The notes below the pieces were generated by a model that was not told the origin of the DNA, made no database searches, and saw only the letters and a list, made by a program, of their open reading frames with translations. DNA of 32,000 nucleotides from Mycoplasma mycoides subsp. capri (GTDB taxonomy: Bacteria > Bacillota_I > Bacilli_A > Mycoplasmatales > Mycoplasmataceae), in the NCBI RefSeq assembly GCF_018389705.1, contig NZ_CP065581.1, positions 810,001 through 842,000 of the forward strand, written 5' to 3'. Shown one piece after another: positions 1 through 8,964 of this stretch (the stretch's first letter is position 1; every line of letters starts with the position of its first letter). The position numbers and the translations under genes are program-made.

Positions 1-2
1 TG

Positions 3-431
3 AACCAAGGTACAATTCAACAAATAGGAACACCTGAAGAAATTTATAATGAACCAGAAAATGCTTGAGTTGCTAACTTTATTGGTAGTTCAAATATTAT
101 TACTGATGGAATCTTTTTAGAAGATAATAAAATTAAATTTGATGGTAAAGTTTTTGAATGTATTGATACTAACTTTGGTGAAAATGAATCATCAATTGAT
201 ATTATTATTAGACCTGAAGATATTATTATTAAAAACCCAAATAACGGATTTTTTAATGCAAAAGTTATTAAAACAACATTTAAAGGAATTCATTGAGAAG
301 TAGTTGTTGAAACTAGTAAAAAAAGACAATGAATTATTCATACAATTAATGAATATGATATTGATCAACAAGTTTCAATTAAATGAAAACCAGCCAATGT
401 TCATGTTATGTGAAAAGAGGTTGATAATTAA
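3..431 (+). CDS. potA: Spermidine/putrescine ABC transporter ATP-binding protein PotA, C-terminal part (5' end outside window)
   Basis: Frame-3 reading with TGA=Trp gives ...[32 protein letters not shown]... (typical ABC ATPase Q-x-G-TPxEIYxxPxxxFVAxFIG) to TAA at 429-431, directly overlapping the start of potB. Confidence 0.93.
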
Positions 432-1423
432 TGGAATCTAAAAATCTAAAAGATAATAATGTAATTGAAAATAAGATTATCAATCAAGATGAATTAGAAC
501 ATGTTATTGAAACTATTGAAAAACAAAAAAAACGTGAATCAGCTAGATTAAAAGTTAAAGACGTTAATCATTATTTATCAAAAACAAAACTATTTCATTT
601 TACAAAAGACAAAGTATGACCAATTTTAGCACCATTTATTTTAGTAATGGTGATTTTAGTGATTCTTCCTTTAGTTTCAATCTTGATTTATGCTTTTATT
701 CAACCAGCAGATGGGATTACATTATTTAAAATTTCTTTTGAAAAATTTGTAAAGTTATTTACAAGTAATGGTATTTTATATTCATTATTTTTATCTATTT
801 TATATGCAATTGTTGCTGGAATGTTATGTGTTTTAATTGGATATCCAATTGCTTTAATGATGGCACAAATGAAATCAAAAATTCTAGCAAGAAACATGTG
901 AGTAATTGTAACAATGCCTATGTGAATTTCTATGCTTTTAAAAGTATTAGGATTACAAACTTTATTTTACTTATTAGCTGATTTTGCAATAGGAACACCA
1001 ATTGCAATTATTATTGGTATGACTTATATGTTTTTACCTTTTGCAATTGCTCCAATTTATGATTCACTAGAGTCAAGACAAACTGATTTAGAAGAAGCTG
1101 CTTTAGATTTAGGAGCTTCAAAATTTAGAACATTTTGATCTATTACTTTAAGATCATCTATGCCTGGAGTATTAACTGCTTTTAGTTTAGTTTTAGTTCA
1201 AGCTGCTACTAGTTTGATTGTTGTTCATTATATGGGTGGAGGACGAATTTATTTAGTTTCTGCTGCTATTGAATCTTATTTTTTCCAAGGAAATGACTTT
1301 GGATATGGTGCTGCTGTTTCAGTAGTTTTAGCTATTTTAGTATTTGGTTTAATGCTTGTTATGAAACTAATTAGTAATAAATTTGAAATGAAAGGAAATA
1401 AAAGAAAATGAAAAAACTCTTAA
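431..1423 (+). CDS. potB: Spermidine/putrescine ABC transporter permease PotB
   Basis: ORF pieces 431..619, 647..901, 932..1138 and 1160..1411 share one frame and join through TGA (Trp) codons; stop TAA 1421-1423. Multiple TM segments and an [19 protein letters not shown] loop. Confidence 0.93.
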
Positions 1424-4400
1424 AAAGAAGTTATTTTGCTTTTGTTTTGCTATTTATTTATGCACCCATTTTAGCAATGGTAGTTTTTTCATTTAACAAT
1501 GGAGATACTACTATTAAATGAACTCATGCTAGTTTTTCTTGATATGAATCATTTTTTAAAAATTCCCCTTTTATAAAATCAATTATTACTTCTTTATTTG
1601 TTGCTGTAATTTCAACAATAGTTTCACTAGTAATTGGAACTTTAGCAGCAATTGGATTAAGTAGAGTTAGTAGAGTAACTAGAAATAAATGAGTTTCAGT
1701 TGCAAATATTCCTTTAATTAATGCTGATGTAATTACAGCTGTATCATTAATGATTGTGTTTTTAATTATGGGATTAAAATTTGGGTTATTAACTTTAATT
1801 ATGGCCCATATTTCATTTAATGTTCCTTATGTTTTAGTTACTATTATGCCTAGATTAAAAAAAATTGATCCAAGCTTAATTGATGCTAGTTATGATTTAG
1901 GAGCTAAAAATCATCAAGTAATGTTTAAAGTAATATTACCTATTTTAAAACCAGCAATTATTACTGCTGCCGCTATTGCTTTTGCAATGAGTTTTGATGA
2001 CTTTATTATTTCTTATTTTACTGGTGGTATGCAAACTAATGTTTCAACATTTATTTATACTGCTAAAAAAACTAGACCATTTATTTTTGTTTTTGGTACT
2101 TGTTTAGTTTTAGTGATTGCTTTATCAATTATTACTTGAAATGCTATTAATTTAATTAAACAATCTCGTTTAGAAACAAAACAAAAATTAATTAATAATA
2201 ATTACAAACTAAAGACAATTTCTAAATTAAATAAACAATTAGATGAGCTAAATCAAATTTTAAAAACTAAAACTATTATTAAAAAATCTCATAATCTTTC
2301 TTTATGAATTAAATACTTTATTTTAAAAACTAAACTTTATTTTTATAAGTTAAAAAGCTTAGATAAAAAGATTTCTAAACTTCAATGAAAACAATATAAA
2401 TTAAAATCAAAAATTCAAAAAGAAGAAAGATATTATTCAAGATTAAAAAAATCAGAAAAAAAATTAAAACAATTAATTAAACAATTTAGTAGTGAAAAAG
2501 ATGTTAAAAAAGCTGCTAAATTAAGTTTACAAATTGAAACTTTACAAGAAAAAGTAGAATTTTTAAAAGATCAAATTGAAGTAATTAAAGAACGTGAACA
2601 AACTGCTAATTTAAAAGTTAAAAAATTACAAAATAAAATTAAATTATTAAAACAAGATCTATCTGAAGAAGTTAATCCTTCAAAAAAAACTATTAATTGA
2701 TACAATAAAAAAATTAAATATTTTGAAGAATGAATTATTGAACTTGAAGAAGGTAAAGATTATTACAAACTAAAATTAGTTGTTGAAAAATTAAAAGATT
2801 TAAAAAATATTAAAAATAATAAAATTAGTGATTTAACTGATCAATTAAATGAATTAATCAATAGAATTTATGTTCCAGTTTTAATTACTAAAGATATTGA
2901 TTTAAAAATTCAAAATACAACTGATATTGAATTATTAAATAATTTAAATCATAAAAGAGAAGTAATTATTGATAAATTTACTAAACTTTATAATCAAAAA
3001 ATTGATAAAACCACACTTTTAATTCAAAAAGTAAATCAAAAGACTGATAAGTTAAAAACTAGATTACTACCAAGTAGTGATGAAAATGCTTCTCATTTTA
3101 AATCATTTATATCAAGATCTTGAAAAGCTATTTTAATTACATTTATTGGAATTGGAGCTTTTAGTGGATTAACTGCTGCTTATGTTTTAAATAATATTTA
3201 TGATTTAGTTGTTGCTAATTGAGGAGAATATATTGATCCCTCATTAATTGGTGAATTTGAACAACAAGCAAGTCAAAAACATAACAGAAGAATTAGAATT
3301 AATTATCAAATTTATAATTCAAATGAAATTTTATACAATAAACTTCATACAGTTGATTATGATATTATGATCCCAAGTGATTATATGGTTCAAAGACTAG
3401 CTTCAGAAAACTATTTGCAAAAAATAGATTATAGTAAGTTAAATATTTGAGGCGAATTTAACGGACATAATTTTAACAAAGATATTAAATCTAAAGATTT
3501 TGAAAAACTAAAAGTAAATAAAAGTTTATTAGAATTAATGGCTAAATCTCCTATTCATTTAGAAGATGAAACAAAAGAAGTAATAACTAAGAATCCTAAT
3601 GGTACATATTTGAGTACTAATTCTATTCTTGATTATTCAATTCCATACTTATGAGGAGATCTTGTAATTGTTGTTAACCCAACACAAGAAAATATTAAAT
3701 TTTTAGAAGATAATCAAATTAAATTTAAAAATCAAAAAGATGATGAAAATAATAGTGAAAATAAAGTAGAAATTGAAAACTCTACATTATCTTGAGACAT
3801 TTTATGAAAAGCTGCTGCTGCTGGTAAAAAAGTAGCTTTAAATAACGATCCTAAAAATGTATTTATGTTAGGTTCTCAAAAACTTTATCAAAAAGTTAAC
3901 TTAACTAAAAAATCAGAAATTGATGAAGTTGGTAAAGAATTATCTAAATTATTATCAAATAGTGGTGTTTCATTGCATAGTGATGATCTAATTAGTTTAG
4001 TAGTTAGAGAAAAATTCGACTTTGCTGTTATGTATAATGGTGATGCTGCTTATGCTAATTATGTTCATAATGAAGGTGATGAAGATTATGAAAAAGCAGG
4101 TAATAGTATCAATTTCATTTATGGAAGACCAAATAAGAAAAATGAAAAAAATAATAGACATGAATCAACTAATGTCTTTTCAGATAATATAGTTCTTTAT
4201 AAAGATGCTCAAAATCTTGACTTAGCATATGAATTTATTAATTTCTTATATGAAAATTCAACAAAAATATCTGATTATGTTGGTGTAACTTCACCATTAG
4301 ATTCAGCAATTGAAGAAATGACTGCTGCTTCTAAAGGAGAAAATGGAGAAGATGAAGGTGGAACATATCAAGATTTTAAAAATATCTATGATCCAATAAC

Positions 4401-4518
4401 TCATCAAAATAATGGTAGCAAGTATGAGACTAATAACGAACAATTATCATTTACATACAATGGTAAAATTGATGAATATCTAGTTAATAGTTTTAATAAT
4501 TTACTAGCTAATAAATAG
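1408..4518 (+). CDS. potCD: Fused spermidine/putrescine permease PotC - long charged coiled-coil linker - TM - PotD-like substrate-binding domain (~1036 aa)
   Basis: Single frame with no TAA/TAG from ATG 1408 ([35 protein letters not shown]) to TAG 4516-4518. PotC EAA motif DASYDLGAKNHQVMFKVILP, then K/E-rich linker about 2160-3115, TM about 3124-3200, then a binding domain containing VQRLASENYLQKIDYSKLNIWGEFNG and VMYNGDAAYANYV. Confidence 0.93.
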
Positions 4519-4524
4519 AAAATA

Positions 4525-4549
4525 CCTTGGAAAATTCCAAGGTTTTTTT
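4525..4549 (+). terminator. Rho-independent terminator after potCD
   Basis: CCTTGGAA-AA-TTCCAAGG followed by TTTTTTT immediately after the TAG at 4518. Confidence 0.9.
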
Positions 4550-4719
4550 ATACACTTTTTAAAAAAAATAAGACATAGATTAGATGAACTATTTATAAAT
4601 TTTTAAAGTGCTTATACCTAGCTGACACATACCTTACTTAAAATTAGCAAGAAACTAAATAATCTAAATATATTCTTTAAGTTTATCAGCTCTATAAAAA
4701 TATTCTATAAATATTTGAC

Positions 4720-4800
4720 AAAATAAAAAGCCAGAGGTGCGTACACTTATCTGGCGATAGTTTGGCCGGGGTGACGTACACTTTACCGACATGATCCTTA
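4720..4800 (-). ncRNA. Candidate structured small RNA (abiF-RNA-like / antitoxin-type) made of two similar hairpins; the second forms an intrinsic terminator
   Basis: Minus-strand sequence GTCGGTAAAGTGTACGTCACCCCGGCCAAACTATCGCCAGATAAGTGTACGCACCTCTGGCTTTTTATTTT. Hairpin 1: GTCGG/CCGGC (plus 4786-4790 / 4765-4769) with inner GTG/CAC. Hairpin 2: GCCAGA/TCTGGC (plus 4750-4755 / 4730-4735) with inner GTG-TACG-CAC, followed by a T-rich tract. Strongly GC-enriched against AT-rich flanks. Lies just downstream of, and on the same strand as, the Abi_2/AbiF-like gene. Confidence 0.72.
4730..4755 (-). terminator. Intrinsic terminator (second hairpin of the ncRNA candidate)
   Basis: Minus strand GCCAGA-TAAGTGTACGCACC-TCTGGC followed by TTTTTATTTTG. 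Confidence 0.75.
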
Positions 4801-4863
4801 TTCATATAATAGCATATTACTTTTATATATAAATGTTTTTTTATTATTTTGTAAATTTATTAA

Positions 4864-5825
4864 TTATAGTTGATAAAAACTTTCTAATTTTATTCCCATT
4901 TCCTTTAATATATCACCAAATTTAATAGTTTTAAATCTATTTTGAAATTTAGTAAAAATCTCTAATAAATCTTTTTTTAGTAGGGCAAAACTTTTTTCTA
5001 TTAAAACTACTTTTAAAAACAAGACAACAGATATGAGTTTAGAACCATCATAGTCACTATATTCTAGTAACTTTGAAATGTCTTTTGTTTTTACCCTATC
5101 AAATTGAGCGTTATACATTCTTTCTTCATGCGCACAAATATTTCTTGCTAAATTTAATATTTTTAATCCAGACAAAAAGGTTTCACTTCTAAATTTAGTT
5201 GGAATAACTTTCTTATTATTTTGATTCAAAAATCTCATTACATAAAAAAGTATAATTTGATTTCTATCTTCATCTTTTAGAATTTTAAACATAAATGACA
5301 TATTACCAAAAGACATAATATTAACTGCAACTCATAAAGGGATATGACCATAATTTTCTATGTAATGCCTAATATAGTTAGATTTTTCACTTTTTGAAAC
5401 TATTATATTATTAATAGAAGATATAAAATTTAAAACTTCTACATAGTTATCTTTATAATTTTCTGGATACAAATATGAATCTATTCTATTATCTTTGTTA
5501 TATTTTTTACTAAAATTATATGCAATTGTAGTTTTAAAGTCTCTTTCAAAAATTAATATGTATTTTAATAAAATAGATCTTAATTCTCTATCAAATAAAA
5601 ATAGTGAATATAGTTCATCAAAAGTTGTATTTTCTACAAATACATCTTCTTTACCATTTAAAGTATTTTTAATAAGTCTTTATAACCATTAACGATATTA
5701 TAATAATTTTCTTGTTTTAATATTTCTATTGCTTTTTGTTCATCTTTAATTATTAATCCACGAGATTTTAAAATTTCAATTTGTTCTCCAAAAGTTTTAA
5801 ATTCTTTTGATCTTTTCATATTCAT
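4864..5825 (-). pseudogene. Abi_2/AbiD/AbiF-family abortive infection protein (HEPN-type), split by a -1 frameshift near 5666-5670 (possibly inactive, possibly recoded)
   Basis: Upstream frame from ATG 5825 (or 5819): MNMKRSKEFKTFGEQIEILKSRGLIIKDEQKAIEILKQENYYNIVNGYKDLLK|. Downstream frame: |IKNTLNGKEDVFVENTTFDELYSLFLFDRELRSILLKYILIFERDFKTTIAYNF...VSKSEKSNYIRHYIENYGHIPLWVAVNIMSFGNMSFMFK...LKILNLARNICAHEERMYN... to TAA 4864-4866. Family hallmarks: N-terminal EQIxxLKxRGLII, PLWVAV..MSFG, and RN-x-x-x-H (RNICAH). Purine-rich AGAAAGAAG precedes the start. Confidence 0.85.
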
Positions 5826-5892
5826 CTTCTTTCTGTTATAACTAGATTTTTATAAATATAACTTCTCTTTATTTACTATATTAGAGAAACAT

Positions 5893-5927
5893 AAAAAAAC
5901 AATTTCTTTTTTTAGAAATTGTTTTAA
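5893..5927 (-). terminator. Terminator-like hairpin downstream of the chromate transporter pair
   Basis: AAACAATTTCT...AGAAATTGTTT with flanking A and T runs, just beyond the - strand stop at 5953. Confidence 0.6.
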
Positions 5928-5952
5928 CTAAATATTTTATTAAATTATTTTT

Positions 5953-6630
5953 TTATCCTAATCAAGGTTCAAATAATATTAAACAAAATATAATATTTGC
6001 AAATATTAACCCAAAAATAGGAACTTTCTTAAGATATAAAAATAAACTTATAATAATTCCAATTGGAACATAACAATATAATGCAATTAGTCTTCAACCT
6101 GTAAAAAACTTCATACTATAGCTTGGTTTATTTGGATCTATAAACTTTCAATATTCACTAACTGATTCATTAAATACAAAGTATGGAAACATACAACTTA
6201 TAAATATTTCAATAGCTAAAGCAATAATAATTCCAGCAACAACAGGATTCATAATATCAATTAATTTTTTAAAAAATGTTGATTGATGAAATTTTTGAGA
6301 ATATTTTATAGCAATCATCATCATAAAAATAGCAGGTAAAACGAATGCTAAATAAGTAAAAATCATTGCAACAAATCCTCATCATTGACCTTGAGCAATC
6401 ATATATCCAGTAATTGCTGCAAACTTTGGACTTAAAATTCCTGGTGTTGAATTTGATACAGCAAAAACTGTATTTATAAATTCTTCAGAAATTTCAATTT
6501 TAAATCAACTATTTAATGATTTTCATAATCACACAAATATTGGCATAAAAACTTGACCACCACCAAATACTGATAATGAAACAAATACTAATAAAACTAA
6601 TGTAACTAAAAAAGCAATAAAACTTAACAT
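5953..6630 (-). CDS. Chromate transporter family protein (ChrA-like), second subunit of a two-gene pair
   Basis: MLSFIAFLVTLVLLVFVSLSVFGGGQVFMPIFVWLWKS...NSTPGILSPKFAAITGYMIAQGQWWGFVAMIF...; FGGG and TPGP-like (TPGI) signatures; the ORF fragment 6148..6366 is in the same frame with TGA=Trp. Start overlaps the stop of the upstream gene (TAATG). Confidence 0.85.
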
Positions 6631-7249
6631 TATTTCATTCCTTTCTTAATTTCATTTGATTCGATCTTTTTTGATTTTTTACTTCTAATTATAAAAATAG
6701 TTGAATAAATTGCTATTACTAAAATCATTACTAAAACTGGAACATTATAAGGCGTTGGAACAAATAAAGAAAATAATAAGGTAGTAAAAAATAATACTAA
6801 TCACAAACTTAATTTCATTACTTTTTTTCCTTTTTTAAAATAGTTATAACCAAATCCTAATAACGCTCCTGTAATTGCTATTAATACACCAAGCTGAACA
6901 ACTACTAAATATTGAGTAGGTATTTTATTAAAAGCAAAAATTAAACCTACAGCAAAAAAAGTATGTGGCATTGAAGCTAAACTAACAACTAAATAAGCTT
7001 TAAATTTAGATAAAGATTTAAAAGCAATATATGCTGTTGTTTGAATAGCAGCTGGTCCTGGTAACATATTTGTTAAGACCACATTTTGATGAAATTCATC
7101 TTCATCTAATCATTTTACTTATCAACAGCATATCTTTTAATCACTGGCATAATTGCATTTCCACCACCAAAACCAACAAAAGTAATTAATAATATAAATA
7201 GAAAAATATTTCAAAATGTTGGTGGTTTTGTATATTCTTTTTTATTCAT
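6630..7249 (-). pseudogene. Chromate transporter family protein (ChrA-like), first subunit, interrupted by a frameshift near 7116-7119
   Basis: Upstream frame MNKKEYTKPPTFWNIFLFILLITFVGFGGGNAIMPVIKRYAVDK* (ATG 7249, stop 7115-7117). The downstream frame resumes as KWLDEDEFHQNVVLTNMLPGPAAIQTTAYIAFKSLSK... and runs to TAA 6630-6632. Both halves match one ChrA-type domain (FGGG and NMLPGPAAIQ). Confidence 0.8.
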
Positions 7250-7366
7250 AAAAATCCTATATTTTGTCTTATCTAATTAAATATTATAAAAATATAATAT
7301 TAAATTGTTAAAAACATCTTACTTAGTAAGTTAATATGAATTTTAAAATCGTTTTTAAAAACTCAT

Positions 7367-7400
7367 AAGAAAAAAATGTGTAAATGCACAGAAATTCCTT
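7367..7400. repeat. 34-bp palindromic element, copy 1
   Basis: AAGAAAAAAATGTGTAAATGCACAGAAATTCCTT; 2 mismatches to copy 2. Confidence 0.88.
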
Positions 7401-7440
7401 GTACTAATTGAGGCATTATCTTATTTTAAGAGTTTTTCAT

Positions 7441-7474
7441 AAGGAAAAAGTGTGTAAATGCACAGAAATTCCTT
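7441..7474. repeat. 34-bp palindromic element, copy 2
   Basis: AAGGAAAAAGTGTGTAAATGCACAGAAATTCCTT; AAGGAA/TTCCTT outer stem, TGTG/CACA inner stem. Confidence 0.92.
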
Positions 7475-7504
7475 ATAGTATAAAGTCCTTATTCTACTTT
7501 TTAG

Positions 7505-7510
7505 TATAAT
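7505..7510 (+). promoter_or_regulatory. Consensus -10 box TATAAT for the ATPase gene
   Basis: TTAGTATAATAATAAGG; predicts a transcript starting inside or at the edge of repeat copy 3. Confidence 0.6.
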
Positions 7511-7513
7511 AAT

Positions 7514-7547
7514 AAGGAAAAAGTGTGTAAATACACAGAAATTCCTT
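7514..7547. repeat. 34-bp palindromic element, copy 3, immediately before the RBS of the ATPase gene
   Basis: AAGGAAAAAGTGTGTAAATACACAGAAATTCCTT; 1 mismatch to copy 2; followed by GAGGTGTTT-ATG. Confidence 0.92.
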
Positions 7548-7556
7548 GAGGTGTTT

Positions 7557-8852
7557 ATGATAATAAATAGAGACTTTTACTTAAATCAGTTGATAAATAA
7601 AATGAACAACAACAAAATAAAAATAATTACTGGAATTAGAAGATGTGGTAAGTCATTTTTATTATTTAATTTATTTTACAAATATTTAATTTCTATAAAT
7701 ATCCCATCTGATCAAATTATAAAAATATCTCTAGATGGTTATGATAATAGAATGTATAGAACACCTACTAATTTAAATAACTTTATAAAAAGTAAAATAA
7801 CAAATAAAAATAAAAAATATTATTTATTAATTGATGAAATTCAATATTGTGAACCAGAAATAAATGAGTTTGCTCCAAATACAGAAAAAATTACTTTTGT
7901 AGATGTTCTTTTAAGTTTTTATAATAATCCAAATCTTGATGTTTATGTAACTGGAAGTAATTCAAAAATGCTATCTACAGATATACTTACTCAATTTAGA
8001 GGTAGGGGTGATGAAATATCTTTAAATACTTTATCTTTTTTTGAAATATATGAACTATTTGAAAACAAAGACAAGGCATTAAAACACTATATGTTATATG
8101 GTGGGTTACCAGCTATTTATAATCTAAAAACAGATGAAGAAAAACAAAAGTATTTAAAAAATACATTTGATGAAACATATATTAAAGATATATTAGAAAG
8201 AAATTCTCTTACTAGTGAAACTGGTGAAATTCTAGATACTTTGTTAAATTTTATCTCTTCAGCAATTGGATCATTAACAAATCCCTTAAGACTTGCAAAT
8301 CGTTTTATGTCTGAAAAAAATATTAAAATCAATTCTACAACCATATCAAAATATTTAAATATCTTTAAAGAATCTTTTTTAATTAGAAGCTCTATTAGAT
8401 ATGATGTAAAAGGTAACAAATATTTTAACACACCTTTAAAATATTATTTTACTGATATTGGTTTAAGAAATGCAAAACTAAGCTTTAGACAATATGAAGA
8501 AAACCACATTATGGAAAATATTATTTATAACGAACTTTATAGAAGAGATTTTAATATTGATATAGGAATTGTTGAAATACAACAAAATAAAAATAATAAA
8601 AGAACAAGAACAACACTAGAAATAGATTTTATAGCAAGTAAAAATCATCAAAAATATTATATTCAATCAGCATATAGTATTTGAGATTCTAAAAAAAAAG
8701 AACAAGAAACAAGACCACTAAATAATGTAAATGATAGTTTTAAAAAAATTGTTGTTGTATATGAAGATATAATTCCATGACATGATAATGATGGTATTTA
8801 TTATGTTGGTTTAAAAGAATTTTTATTAGATGAATCTATTTTAAATAATTAA
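7557..8852 (+). CDS. AAA+ family ATPase with C-terminal DUF4143/nuclease-like domain
   Basis: MIINRDFYLNQLINKMNNNKIKIITGIRRCGKSFLLFNLF (Walker A GIRRCGKS), YYLLIDEIQY (Walker B), VTGSNSKML, C-terminal LEIDFIASKNHQKYYIQSAYSIWDSKKKEQETRPLNNVNDSFKKIVVV. GAGG at 7548-7551 supports ATG 7557 over GTG 7551. TGA=Trp read-through to TAA 8850-8852. Confidence 0.9.
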
Positions 8853-8964
8853 AAAAGCTTTTTAATATTGATTTTAACAATAATATTAAACTTTATAATA
8901 CTGATTAAATTTCTTTATAATTAATGTTAAGGTCAAATCATTTTTAAAATAGATAGGAGAATAT

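Noticed and set aside
4730-4790. ncRNA on the + strand instead of the - strand
   Set aside because: The GCCAGA/TCTGGC hairpin is followed by a T-tract only on the - strand; on the + strand it is followed by GATAGTTTGG.
5666-5676. Canonical -1 programmed frameshift heptamer in the Abi gene
   Set aside because: The site (TTA TTA AAA ATA) does not fit X XXY YYZ well; an indel in the A-run is the simpler explanation, though recoding is not excluded.
5495-5692. + strand ORF of 65 aa (MLYFLLKLYAIVVLKSLSKINMYF...)
   Set aside because: Antisense to the AbiF-like gene; no family resemblance and no convincing RBS.
7367-7547. Possible short CRISPR array (34-nt repeats, 40/39-nt spacers)
   Set aside because: Only three units, strongly palindromic repeats with -10-like sequence in a spacer, last unit fused to an RBS, and no cas genes in the window. 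A regulatory or leader hairpin array is more likely; kept as a repeat rather than called CRISPR.
7551-7559. GTG start at 7551 for the ATPase (MFMIINRD...)
   Set aside because: The GTG overlaps the GAGG Shine-Dalgarno-like sequence; ATG 7557 has better placement.
8117-8431. - strand ORF of 104 aa inside the ATPase gene
   Set aside because: Antisense to a clearly coding gene, low-complexity hydrophobic translation; spurious.
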